Shown: positions 24,870 through 36,537, counted from the stretch's first letter. The stretch: DNA of 53,274 bases from Cladosporium halotolerans (GCF_011745625.1 NW_027191477.1:310001-363274), one strand, 5' to 3'. Numbers and translations: made by a program. Notes: generated by a model from the letters alone, not told the origin.

Positions 24870-26411
24870 ATGGATCCGTCGCCAAATGCCTCGCAAGCCC
24901 AGCCGAATGGCTCCCTCAAGCGAACCGGCAGCATGTCGCAAGCCTCAGAGAACTCGCAAACCGCAGCCGATTACATCTCATCGCAATTGCGCCTCGAAGC
25001 TGACGCTCGCGAAGCGCTGCCCTACCAGTTCGACACATGCACAAAACCGCTCGGTCCACTGAGGCAGTCCGTCTTCGCCTGCCTCACTTGCACTCCGCCG
25101 CCCGCATCCAAGCATCAGCAATTCACACCTGCCGGAGTATGCTACAGCTGTAGCATTAGCTGTCATGGCGAGCATACGCTTGTGGAGCTGTTCTCCAAGA
25201 GAGATTTTGTCTGCGACTGCGGAACAACAAGACTTGCGAACAGCGCGACGCCATGCAGCTTGCGACTAAACCCGGCGACTGGTGTCAAAGGAGGTGTGAT
25301 TGGCGAGGAAGCTAGGCAAGGAAACAAGTACAACCAGAACTTTCAGGGCAGATTCTGTGGATGCGGCGAGGAGTATGATCCTGAGAAAGAGAAAGGGACG
25401 ATGTTTCAGTGTCTAGGTTTGGGTACCGTCGAGGATGGCGGCTGCGGTGAAGATTGGTGGCATCCTGAGTGCTTGATCGGCGTGCCTAGGCAGCAGCCTC
25501 AAGAGCGGATGGAAGCTGTCGAGAGACTGCAGTCTGTCAAAGAGGAAACAGAAGAGGACGGGACCGCGACAAATGGAGACAGTGGAGCGGTCCAGGAGCC
25601 TCATGTCGAGGAGATACCTCTTCCTCCTGGGTTCCCGGCAGAGGATGACTTTGATCATTTGATTTGTCACAAGTGCGTCGACACCTTTCCCTGGATCAAG
25701 CGATACGCTGGAACAGCTGGCTTCCTGCCTGCAGTGCCTTCGAAGCCAGACACGGCCGGTGCAGATCAGACTGTAACCGAGCCCGTTGCTGAAGCGCCTG
25801 AAAGCAAGAAGCGCAAAGCCGAAGACGACGGCACAGAGGGACAAGATGTTAAGAAGGTCAAGTCTGATCCCGAAGATGACGGCAAGACTAGCACGACAAC
25901 GCAAACTAATGGCGAGCCTACACCAAAGCACAACAATCTTCCCGCAGCGACCGGTTCAAGCGTCAACGTCTTCCTCCACGACGAGTTCCGCGATCACTTC
26001 TGTCGGTGCCCAGAATGCTTTCCCCTTCTTGCCAAGCATCCTCAACTGCTAGAAGAAGAAGATTCATACGAGCCGCCCATGTCCGATTCAGACGGCGAGC
26101 AGCAAGACGACGCTCGCTCCGCCGCCGGTCGCAGTGTCAATTCTGGATCTCTACTCGAACGTGGCGAAGCTGCGCTGTCGAGCATGGACCGCGTGCGCGC
26201 CATTGAGGGCGTGATGGCGTACAACCATGTCAGAGACAAAGTCAAAGCGTTCCTGCAACCGTTCGCAGAGAGTGGACAGGCCGTTGGCGCCGAAGACATC
26301 AAGGCATACTTCGCGAAACTGAGAGGTGATGAGCAGACTGGCAAAGAGAATGATGCAGGTGCTGGAGAAGGAGTGAATGGCGACCACAGGAGGGAGCAGG
26401 GCGGCTATTAA
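24870..26411 (+). CDS. UBR7/Mlo2-like UBR-box and PHD-like zinc finger protein
   Basis: UBR box: LPYQFDTCTKPLGPLRQSVFACLTC...VCYSCSISCHGEHTLVELFSKRDFVCDCG. Also NKYNQNFQGRFCGC, CGEDWWHPECL and C-terminal DRVRAIEGVMAYN. Confidence 0.9.
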   Translation: MDPSPNASQAQPNGSLKRTGSMSQASENSQTAADYISSQLRLEADAREALPYQFDTCTKPLGPLRQSVFACLTCTPPPASKHQQFTPAGVCYSCSISCHGEHTLVELFSKRDFVCDCGTTRLANSATPCSLRLNPATGVKGGVIGEEARQGNKYNQNFQGRFCGCGEEYDPEKEKGTMFQCLGLGTVEDGGCGEDWWHPECLIGVPRQQPQERMEAVERLQSVKEETEEDGTATNGDSGAVQEPHVEEIPLPPGFPAEDDFDHLICHKCVDTFPWIKRYAGTAGFLPAVPSKPDTAGADQTVTEPVAEAPESKKRKAEDDGTEGQDVKKVKSDPEDDGKTSTTTQTNGEPTPKHNNLPAATGSSVNVFLHDEFRDHFCRCPECFPLLAKHPQLLEEEDSYEPPMSDSDGEQQDDARSAAGRSVNSGSLLERGEAALSSMDRVRAIEGVMAYNHVRDKVKAFLQPFAESGQAVGAEDIKAYFAKLRGDEQTGKENDAGAGEGVNGDHRREQGGY

Positions 26412-26878
26412 GAAGAGCTCTGGTGATGCGTATACGATGGATAGCCTTGGAAAACAAGGACATGAATGCAAGATTGTCTCCCCTGGAGCACGTATGATAA
26501 TCACAATATCTTCATCCAAGCTTTTGTTCTTTTCCCGTCACTACATTTGAATCGAAGAGAAGCTGCGACGAGACGCCATGAATGCTGCCATTGTCAACGT
26601 AAGAGCGTCAGTATCTATGAACTCAACGACCAATAATTCGAGTGAAAGCGTTTGCCGCCCTCAATTCCATGATTATCGTTGCATTTACCAAAGAGCAAGG
26701 TAGGTAGGAACCAGCGATCCTCAAAGTCGACCTCGGCCAGAAGCAGCCCGAGCAAAGTCCAGCGCGAAACGAGACCGACTTTCCACGCAGACGCGCCGCG
26801 CGACACATCCTCCCAACCACGCAGCGCAATGTAGCTGCCGGCCCGGTCGCACGACGTGCTCGAGACTCGTCCGCAAAG

Positions 26879-27997
26879 ATGGCAGGCCCTCTCCCACCAG
26901 CCATCACGTCGCCGCAGCACCGCGCGCCCGCCCGCACGCCGATGCATGGCCCGCAGAATGTCGGCAACGTCGTGCTTGGGAACTTGCGCATCACGCCGGA
27001 GTTCCCGTCCTTCTATCCTGAGGATCTGATCGGAGGGCGTAAGGCGCAGTGGCTGTATGTTTGCCGTTGGTGCTTCAGGTATACTCATGAGCTTATGAAG
27101 TATGCGGCGCATTGTGTGAGTTGCGTTGCTTGATGTGCTACTATGGCGGAGAGCGAGGGCTGACTGAAGGCTAGAAAGTATGTTCTGTGAAAGACGACTC
27201 GCCAATTGGAGACATAGTGTATGAAAAGGACGACTATGCGATCTACAAGATAGACGGCGAAGAGCACAAGGTATGTCACTCATGGCACGCAATCTTCAGA
27301 GCGCCAGTTAACCTCGCAACAGCTCTTCGCCCAAAACCTCTCCCTCTTCGCCAAACTCTTCCTCGACACCAAATCCGTCTTCTTCGACGTCTCCTCCTTC
27401 CTCTACTACCTCCTAGTCCAACGCCCCTCGCCCTCCGCAGACCAGCCGAACGGAACAGCTCCTTCGGACTCTGGCCAAATAATCGGCTTCTACAGCAAAG
27501 AGAAAATGAGCTGGGACAACAACAACCTCGCCTGCATCCTCGTATTCCCTCCCTGGCAGCGCAAAGGGCTCGGCCAGCTGCTCATGGGCGCATCGTACGT
27601 GCTCGGGCGCCGCGAAGGTCGGTTCGGAGGGCCGGAGAAGCCGCTCAGCGCGAGAGGGCTGAAGGGCTATTTGGCATATTGGTGTCGGGAGGTGGCGCGG
27701 TTTATCGTGGATGCTCCTGCGAAGAAGACTTTGAACGTTAAGGGCATCAGCGAGGGCACTTGGATCATGCCGGAGGATGTCGTTTTGGCTTTGCAGGAGA
27801 TGGGGTGTTTGGAGGCGAGGAAGACTGCCAGTGGGAGTCTGATTGTGAACAAGGCGAAAGTGAGAGATTGGGCGGCGAAGCACAAGGTTGTTCTTGCGCC
27901 TGTTGTGGACGTCGAAGCATTCTTTGAAGAGGAGACAAGCGAGGAAAGCGAAGAGGAAGAGGGGAGCGAAAGCGAAGAAGGGAGTGAGAGCAATTGA
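26879..27997 (+). CDS. MYST-family histone acetyltransferase (Sas2-like)
   Basis: C2HC finger LYVCRWCFRY...H.., then LFAQNLSLFAKLFLD, FYSKEK, NNLACILVFPPWQRKGLG and GPEKPLS. Introns 27116-27174 and 27271-27322. N-terminus uncertain. Confidence 0.9.
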
Positions 27998-28161
27998 GGC
28001 GTTGGTGAGTGTATGGCGTGCGGCGCTATGGAATGACCTTATGATACCCCCAACGTCAAACGCAAATCTGTTCATTTAGCAGCGATCAATTATTCAAAAA
28101 GTCGATTCTCGGGTATCTCATTTATCCATTGTCTCAACCGCCCAAAGGGCACCGGCCCATG

Positions 28162-29118
28162 TCAATCACGCCATGAGCGTCTCGACCTCGTCCGCCCAAA
28201 CGACAACTGCGGTTCCTCAATGCCGGTCCACTCGCCTCCCTCATACGCAGGCTTCTCCCAGCATTCATCGTCGTCGGTAGGACTTGGGTGGCGCCGGAAA
28301 AACGTAGCGAACCATTCCAAGTCCGACATCGTCAGGCCCATCATAGGATCCATCATTCCGCGATCGCGAATAGCTCTGTTGCAGGTGTTCAGGAATTCGC
28401 ACAGCACGCGAGTACCGTCGCCGACGTGATCGCCTTTGCATCGAAGCTGGGCAATGCCGCTGCGCTGGTGGATAACTTCCAATGTTACTTGCGCGAGGGG
28501 GCGGAAGGGAGTGCAAATGTCGAACCGGACGTGGCGGAAATTAAGGTTGCTCGGATCAATACTGTTGAGCGATTCCGACTTTTCGTCGGGCAGGCGCAGC
28601 TTGCCGCATGCCATGGCTCTGTCGCCCCTGAAGAACCGCTCCTCTGCGGCGTCGTAATTCATCCAGACCTTGACGGTGAAGATGGTGTTGTGGAGGTACA
28701 CTCTCAGGATATCGTCCCCCTGGTCGAAGTATGTGTTGCATTCGGGCGGTTTGACGAGGTTTTTGAGCTCGACCTTTTGGCCACGGCAGATGTTGGTGAA
28801 TAGCTCTAGGCGAAGGTTGGCATCTTCTGGTTCCTCGAAGTTGTACGGATCGTCAACGGAGATATCCGCGGTTGTTCCCACCACGAGGTCTTCGCTGTCA
28901 TCGTCGAGAATGATCAGGTCGGTGTCAATTTCCCCCATTTGGATGTCATCGCTGTCAGGGACTTGATCGTTAAGCTCGGACTGCGATGTCTCTACAGGCA
29001 GAGACGCCGTCAAATCAGTCATGTCGTCCATGGGGATATCAAGAAGCGATACTTCGCGCTTGCCACGAGAGGATTTGCGTGACACCGCCGACTTCTTTGT
29101 GCCGTGTCTGGAACGCAT
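28162..29118 (-). CDS. Hypothetical protein (318 aa)
   Basis: Long ATG-initiated ORF with protein-like composition (basic N-terminus, acidic linker, globular-looking C-half). No family recognised. Confidence 0.6.
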   Translation of the reverse strand: MRSRHGTKKSAVSRKSSRGKREVSLLDIPMDDMTDLTASLPVETSQSELNDQVPDSDDIQMGEIDTDLIILDDDSEDLVVGTTADISVDDPYNFEEPEDANLRLELFTNICRGQKVELKNLVKPPECNTYFDQGDDILRVYLHNTIFTVKVWMNYDAAEERFFRGDRAMACGKLRLPDEKSESLNSIDPSNLNFRHVRFDICTPFRPLAQVTLEVIHQRSGIAQLRCKGDHVGDGTRVLCEFLNTCNRAIRDRGMMDPMMGLTMSDLEWFATFFRRHPSPTDDDECWEKPAYEGGEWTGIEEPQLSFGRTRSRRSWRD

Positions 29119-30366
29119 GTCTGCTCTTGACCTGGCATGACCACAAAGCGAACGTCAAGTTTGCGCGATTGTGAATTGAGTGAATGGCGTTTGGGGGAAG
29201 GTCAGGCTGTGCGATTGCGGCTTGCCGATTGCCTGCCTGCATGCGGCGGCATTACGGAGTCAGACATGTGAATGACATGCCAGTCCGTATTCTGACAGTG
29301 AATGGGGATTCGAGCGTCAGAACGAATGACATGCAACTGGACTGGCGGACTATGTCAGTCTTGCGGGATCTTGTAAGACAGAATTAGACATATTATAGAT
29401 GTAGACCTACAGTGGCGCCAGCGGTTTGAGGCCCAATCGCAGTAGAGCGTCGCCATTTACGACTGCGCAACGTTGAGGATTATTTACATACTGCTGCTTA
29501 GCCGTGAGCAAGCACGTTTACATGTCGACCGACGCTACCTACCAGCGCGTGTCAAGCGGACTGGCGGGATGGCCATTCAAGACCGTTGTCGCATTCGCAG
29601 GTAATTCGGATATGGTGACGAGGTCAAATGGAGTCTGGAGCCCGATTCGGCTTGTGTCTTCTCCAGTGCCCCGCGGTACCGCGGAGCAGACTGATGAAAA
29701 TTATCTCGTCGTAAAGACGGTGGGGTGGCCAAAAATTCCCACACGATCCGAAGACCATGTGAAGCAGTCAGTTGATAGTTTTCAACTAGCAAAAACGCAA
29801 TCTCGGACGAATCCTCACTGATATGCGTAATGCCCTTGCACTCGGATGGGGAAAGGAAAGTCTAGCACGAAAGGGGGCGTTGTGAGGTTGATATAGACTG
29901 CCCGAAAGCACGAGCCAGCCAAGTCTTGGCGGGGGCAGGCAACGATAGGCAACGAGCCCTGACTCGACGTTCACGTGTGTAACTCACTACGCTGGTACTT
30001 CACTTCACTGCTGCAGGCTGCAGTCCTTTCACTTGTGAAGGCGCCTGTACCAGTACAATCCACGTGACAGTCTTCACCTCGATCAAATCAGGTCGTCTGA
30101 TGCAGCGAATGGCGCCGCGTGCAATCTCGACGCTTACATGGCAAAGTTGAGGCCCGATGACGGACTCTAGCATCATCACATGGGCGAAGATGCCCCGTCC
30201 ACGCTTTGTGTCGGTGCCCAAGATGGCAAAAAGTAAAAGTGAGAGCGCAGGCGATCCTTGACCTCGGATCGATATCCTGATGATCATCTTCTGCACTTTC
30301 TTTTATCTCCGAATCTGACTTCACCCACAAGAAAGCACGGGCTGCTAGGTCTCTCGAGTCACAACC

Positions 30367-31300
30367 ATGACCAATGGCTCGCATTACTCTGCGCAGCGCG
30401 GCGCACTGGTGATATTTGGCTCTGGACCTGGCATCGGCGTGCACGTCGCCTCTCGCTTTGCACGGGGCGGATTCGAAAAGATCGTCTTGCTGTCTCGCAA
30501 TCAGAGGAGGCTGAGTGACGACGCGTTCATCGTGTATTCGAACGCGCCGCAGGTGCAAGTCAGCACGATCACCGTGGACTTGACGGTACCGGCGGATTTA
30601 GATCGCGCTCTGCAAGAGATTGAGTATATTCTCGCTGGGACGCCGATTGAATGCGTTCATTATGGTAGGTGGTTCACTGAAGTCACATGTGTACGATTTT
30701 CTGATATCTTTGCAGTATGTCTCACTGTTCACAACGGTTCGCCAGCAGCTGAGCGAATGTTTAATCTCCGTGACAATCTCATTGTAAGCTTGAGCTTCGC
30801 GACTAACCAGATGCTTGTAGAACGCTGCAAAGACCTCAGAGACTTGGCTGCTTCGAGAATCTGCCGAAGGCCTGAGAAAGAACCTCGAGCTGTCCGTCAT
30901 CAGTCTCTACACGGTTGCTCAATGGGCAACGCCACAGCTCCTGCATCTCGCAGGCAGGCAAGAGTACAAGCCGGCGCTGCTGGTGACGAGCGGCTGGCTC
31001 GCTCATGCGCCGGAACCAAACTACTTCGCGCTGGGCGTGTGCAAATCGGCGCAGCAGAACGTCGTCGTCAGCCTGCACAACCAGCTCCGGCCGCAGGGCG
31101 TGCACTGCGCACTTGTGATGGTCAACAACCACGTGAGCGAGGACGCCAACGAGACGAATCCCTCCAACATCGCCGAAGAGAGCTGGAGGCTCTACAGTCA
31201 GCGCCCTGATTCGATGGCACTCGAGACGAACATCGACGAGCCGGCCGGCGACTTCGTGCAGGACTTCCCGTGGATTGATGGATGGGTGGATGGGGAATGA
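30367..31300 (+). CDS. Short-chain dehydrogenase/reductase-like protein
   Basis: Rossmann motif IFGSGPGIG. Exon 30367-30663 (...ECVHY) joins exon 30821-31300 (NAAKT...LLVTSG...YFALGVCKSAQ) across a complex intervening sequence at 30664-30820. Confidence 0.85.
30664..30820 (+). other. Predicted [D1,2] stwintron (intron nested in donor of another intron)
   Basis: Structure is G | GTAGGT...CTGAT...TTTGCAG (30665-30715) | TATGT...CTAAC...TAG (30820). Removing the inner intron creates a GTATGT donor. Confidence 0.75.
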
Positions 31301-31358
31301 TTCTGACATTCGTGTCTACATATCATGTTCGTCGCGTCGTCGTAACATCTACATCCAT

Positions 31359-32903
31359 CTACGCGGCGCTCTTGGGCTCGCCGCCATTGACCGGCGTCGC
31401 GGCAGCGGCAGCCGCAAGTCTCTTCTTGCTCACGACCCTGAAGCCACCGACCACTAGGATCAATGCCTCGAGGCCCAGGACGACCGCAAGGGTGACCATG
31501 GCGCCGATGACGCCGTTCACGGCCGGGCTGAGACCGTTGCCGCTCTTCTCTCCAGAAGAGGCAGAAGCTGAAGCGCCGTCGTTGCCCGAGCTCTCCGACG
31601 CATACGCGGCGCAAGTTCCATCGGTTTCGCCGCAGATGGTGCACCAGTGCTCGTTGTCGCGGATGGCGAAGTTGTCCATGCCGGCGGTGAACTCCTTCCA
31701 GCTGATGGCAGTCTGGCCAGAGCCGAAGAGGGGGTACGGGGTCGGCTCGGACTCGTTCGTCGCGGTGCCGTTGGAGAACAGGAAGCGGACGTAAATCTCG
31801 TCCTCGGACGGGTAGTTGTCGGCGGAGACGGTCACGGAGGAGTTGGTGAAGAGCTCGAAGGTCATGGAGCTGGCGTAGTCGACGACGCCGCGGAAGTCGT
31901 CGTTGACGTTCTGCAGGCCGGCGAGACCAAAGAATGAAGCGAAGGTCGCGTACGCGCCGAACTGGACGCCGATCTTCTGCTTGCCTTCGCTGGTGATGGT
32001 CTTGTTCAGGAACTCGACAATCTCGCCCGCGAGCACCATGGCACTGATGGCGCGGACATTCTCGGTGGCGCTCTCGCTCTCGTTGTAAGCGAGGCCCCAC
32101 TCGTGAGCGTTTGCCAGCCCAGTGAGCTGTTCGAAGCTAGTGTTGTTGATCAGGTCGGAGCCTCCGTAGGTGGAGTTGTGGATCTGGGCCACGTTGATAA
32201 GATCCCAAACTGAATCTCGTTAGCAACTGAATGTAAACATCTGGATTTCAAAAACACTGCAATACTTACTAGTGTAGGCATTCTTGTAGCTGATCTCGCT
32301 CTCGTTGAATGTACGCTCGAGAGCAGGGGTCAGACCAGTGTAGAAATCCTGAGTGCTCGCCAGCAGGTCATTATACTCCTTGCTGGAGAAGTACTGGTTC
32401 GAGCTGATAGTGGCTTGGCCACAGCCAGTGGCGCTCTGCAGCCAAGCGTTGTTCTCGCTATCAGTGCCGCTGTCGACTTGCGTGACGGGAATAAGCTGGT
32501 AGCCGTCCAGCGGGGCAGTGATCTCGGTACCGTTCCTGAGAGTCGTGGTGGCCAAGTCATCGCCGACGGGAGGGTACAGGCCCTGAAGGAAGCCCATAGT
32601 GGAGTCCTGAAGGACAACATCTTCCGGAGAGGACACGGCGATCTGCGTCTGCTTGACGATGTCGGGGTTGACGCCGTTGATGCGGAAGTCGGCGTCCGGG
32701 GCGATATACCTGCTGCGGTAGTACTGTCCAGATCTGTGGACTTCCTCGTAGCCTAGGCCGGTGAAGTTGGCGGGAGGAGTCATCTTGGCCGTGCGGTCGC
32801 CATGGCGGTGGAACATGTAGACACCGATGACCTGCTCATCGTTACTGCTCTGAGCAAGAGCGATGGGGAGCGCCGTGAGAGCGAGGGTGGTGAGCGACAA
32901 CAT
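31359..32903 (-). CDS. Histidine acid phosphatase-family protein, secreted/membrane-anchored
   Basis: Signal peptide, RHGDRT catalytic motif, intron 32269-32210, and a C-terminal TM helix (GVIGAMVTLAVVLGLEALILVV). Confidence 0.88.
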
Positions 32904-33826
32904 CTCTGCAGATCCTGGATACCGTGGGAGAAACTCGAGAAGAGGAAACGAGAGGTGGGAGGAGCTTTATCGTAATCTATTATACCGAAGCTGCCGACTG
33001 TCGGGTCGGGTTCCATTGCAACGCTACTGCATATCCATGTTACCTATGACTGCCGTCTCTGACACGGAAATACACCATCCGCTTGTGATTCGCTATCAGT
33101 GGTAGTATCTGCGGTGCAATGGAGCGGGGCCCTGCTCTCAACTGCGGCCACTGATCCGGTAGCGCTCGAGCTTCTCCTCGCTTGACCATCTAGCGCGCCA
33201 ATGGCTTGCAGCAGGAAGTGGGTCAACCATATATCTAGCGGGCGTCGATGGACAAGAAAGAAGCAAAGCGATCGACGAATGCTTTGAAAAACCTATTGAG
33301 GCTTTGTTGCCGCGGGAAGGCTTCGAGAGTATGGAAAATCCGTTCATTGGCTCCCGATATGATAAGTTGGAAGCATTCGGTTGAGGAAGCCGCCCACTTT
33401 CGGAGCAAAACACCGTACAAAGAGTCATTCTGCGCACATGTCCGGTCCCAGTCAGCTTTGCATGTGGGTCTAATCGCCTTAAACCCCAGCCGAACACCGG
33501 AGGACGCGCCTAGGGCTATGCCCGCCTTGTGCGCGTTGGTAAGGCCAGACCTCGCGGCGTGACTGCCTAATCGAGCTAAACGGCAGCGAGGAGGTCCGGA
33601 GGTAGCAAAAGCAATGAAAGCTGATAAGATAAGGTAGGCATTACCGGATACCTTACACCACCGCGGAGAACTGGGTTGAAATGCTCTACAAGTGATATGT
33701 AAAGATTGATAGCACCAAGGAATTGTATGGGTAGTCTAGGAGAACCCTGTTTGATGTAGATATATACAGAAAAACATCTTACAAGAAGCGAAGTCTATTA
33801 TATGGTAGCAGAAATACGAGCAGGAC

Positions 33827-34838
33827 CTACTCTTTATCTTGGAGGAACTCGACGACAGCTTGATGATCATTAGCAAAGTGAAGTTGTCTTTGGGGGACGA
33901 AAACGACTTACCTTTCCTGAAGTCTTCAGGCTTCTCCGAAATGACCCAATGGCCACAATCAACGTCCGCCAGCTCGAATCGAGGGAAGAATCGTCCCACT
34001 GTCGGCAGCATCTCATCCGCAACATAGTGGCTCTTCGTTCCTCTTACGAAAAGCGCAGGGCCTTCCCATCGTGCCTCATCCGGATTGTTGAATGGGAAGT
34101 CGGCCATGTTGTTCAGCGCGTCTGAAAGGTACTTGATCGGAATGCGCCACTTCATCACTCCGTCGGGACCTCTCATAAGGTTGGTGAGCAGAAACTGGCG
34201 AACGGGCATGGACTCCTCGTACTCCTTCAGAACCGCATCCGCCTCGCTCTGCTTCTTGAAACCCGCCTCCTCAATCTTCTTCATGCCCTTTACGTACTTC
34301 GCAAAGCCACTGTGCAGTGCAGCATCCACAGGCGCATTGTCGACGCTGATCAGATTGCTGATCGGGGTCTTCTTCCGCAGCGCGACAGCCATAGCAGTCT
34401 TCGCGCCCATCGAGTGTCCAATCAGCGTGCTGTCCTTGATGTTCTGCTTCTCCAAGAAGCCCTCCACATCCTCGGCGAGGGCAGTGTAGTCATGTCTAGG
34501 GTCGTGCGACGAGTCGCCGTGGTTTCGCAAGTCGATCGCGTAAACGGGTCGGTTCAGCTCGCGGGCAAAGACCCTGGTCGTTCGTGAGCGGCGTGGTCGC
34601 GTGGGAGAGCGCGGGCTGGAGCGTACTTACTCATGCTCCCGTTGTTTCTCTTCGAGCCGAACAGGCCGTGGATGAAGACGATGGGAGCATCTTTCGCGGT
34701 GGCCTCCTTCGCGGGCTCGAAGAAGTCGTACGCGATCTTGACGCCGCTGCCGAGCTCGGTTGTCGAGAAAGGGCGGAGCGCGTTAGGTTTGATGAAGGGC
34801 TGCTGGACGCGCAAGAGCCCTGCTCTGCGAGCGAACAT
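33827..34838 (-). CDS. Mitochondrial alpha/beta hydrolase (ABHD11-like)
   Basis: Presequence-like N-terminus. Motifs HGLFGSKRN, DLRNHG, GHSMG nucleophile and GHWV. Introns 34626-34574 and 33911-33859. Confidence 0.88.
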
Positions 34839-35069
34839 CTTCGTCGCGGTCGTGCAAGGGTTTCCTGAATGCGCCGGCTGGGTGTTGATCGGCTCCAAAC
34901 AGCCCCTCCGCGCGCGAAACAAATTCTGAAAGTTCCCAGCGATCACCGAGCTGCCCACCAACAACGTCATATGCTCCCTCGACTATCAGCTCTCAAACGA
35001 ACGGCGCCCACATTCTTGCGCCATACTAGGATTGCAAATACCACTGCGACTTTCAGAAGAATCACCACG

Positions 35070-35663
35070 ATGCTTCGCACCGAACCAAACATCATCATCA
35101 CCGGCACGCCTGGCACCGGCAAGTCCACGCACTGCGAAGAGCTTGCAAACAGAACCGGCCTGCACCACCTGAGCATAAACGACGTCGTGAAGAAGCACAG
35201 CATCGGCGAAGCCTCAGACGACCCCGAAGACCCGAACCTCCAGATCGTGGACGAAGACCGTCTGCTGGACTGCGTGGAGAATGATCTCGAGGAGGGCGGG
35301 CAGATTATCGACTGGCACGCTTGCGACCTGTTCCCTCCGAGCATGATCGATCTGGTCTGCGTGATTCGCTGCGACAACGGTGTGCTCTACGATCGCCTGA
35401 AAGCGCGCGGCTACAGTGGGAAGAAGCTGGAGGAGAACATGGACTGCGAGATCATGGAGGTGCTGCTGAACGAGGCGCGGGAGGCGTACGATGAGGAGAT
35501 CGTGGTAGAGCTCAGGAGCGAAAAGACGGAGGAGATCGATTCGAATGTGGACAGGATCGAGCAGTGGATCAAGAACTGGAAGAAGGATCACGGCAAGGAT
35601 GGAGAGGCCGCGGCGCAGTCTTCTGAGAAGCCAGAGGACGACCCTAAGTTCTTGCACGGTTAA
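35070..35663 (+). CDS. FAP7: Adenylate kinase 6 / Fap7
   Basis: PNIIITGTPGTGKST P-loop, IIDWHACDLFP, LYDRLKARGY..KLEENMDCEIM. An in-frame upstream ATG is present at 34971. Confidence 0.93.
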   Translation: MLRTEPNIIITGTPGTGKSTHCEELANRTGLHHLSINDVVKKHSIGEASDDPEDPNLQIVDEDRLLDCVENDLEEGGQIIDWHACDLFPPSMIDLVCVIRCDNGVLYDRLKARGYSGKKLEENMDCEIMEVLLNEAREAYDEEIVVELRSEKTEEIDSNVDRIEQWIKNWKKDHGKDGEAAAQSSEKPEDDPKFLHG

Positions 35664-35729
35664 GAGAATCTATTGACGACGTCTATCATATTCTGCGTTT
35701 GCTGCGGGCAAAGTTTCCTACGCGCCCAT

Positions 35730-36537
35730 TTACACCTCCTGCTTGAGCCACTCAACGAGCTTCGCGAGCGCTCTTCCGCGGTGAGAGATCTTGTTCTTCT
35801 CCGCCTTGGGCATCTCAGCGTACGTCTGGCCTTCGTACTCAAAGCATGCGTCCCAGCCTTGAAGAGATCGTTAGTATTTGCTTTCGGACGGGCAACTATC
35901 GAAAGATTTCTCACCAAAATCAGTCGGCCCGCGAGCCGCGACAATTTTGCCCTTCAATCGCAGTCAGTACTTGGCTCTAATGTAGATAGCATATCCTGAA
36001 ACTTACCGGCGTCCTGCCCTGAAAGACGATCGGCTCATGGCCGGGGCTCTCGCAGTAGGCGAAGGTGCACACTGCCTGAGCGGACTTGTTCTCGAAGCCC
36101 TCGAGCAGCTTATGGAATTGCTCCACGCCGAGAGCCTTGAGGAACCATTTTCTATAGGATCAATCCATGTCAGAAAATTAATTCGCACAAGTAATATTTC
36201 CTCGGTGGTTTTACATACACGTAAGGACCAGGCAGCTCGCTGAACGCATCAAAGCATAAGCATGTGTCCTCGACCAAAACCGGGCCCTTGACCTGTATTG
36301 TGCATCGTCAGTCCTGAGTCACCACCCAATTACGAAACCTAGTGAGGTCAGTGAGTGCCATACCGCCTCAGCAGCCCTCCGACACTTATCCGTCGAAATC
36401 TCCTCGATCGTGCCCTGGATCTCGACTAGATCGACGTTCTGCGACTGCAGCTGCACGGGCGTCTCGGACAAGATGGCCTGCACCTCGGCGAGCTTGTTCT
36501 TGTTGCCGGTGATGAAGTTGAGCTCTTTGGGCGCCAT
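35730..36537 (-). CDS. HAM1: Inosine triphosphate pyrophosphatase
   Basis: [30 protein letters not shown] and KNKISHR motifs. Introns 36363-36293, 36218-36152, 36006-35952 and 35914-35858. Confidence 0.95.

Noticed and set aside
30367..31209. 280-aa ORF suggesting the SDR is a frameshifted pseudogene
   Set aside because: The apparent frameshift is fully explained by the nested intron structure, and both exons are otherwise intact.
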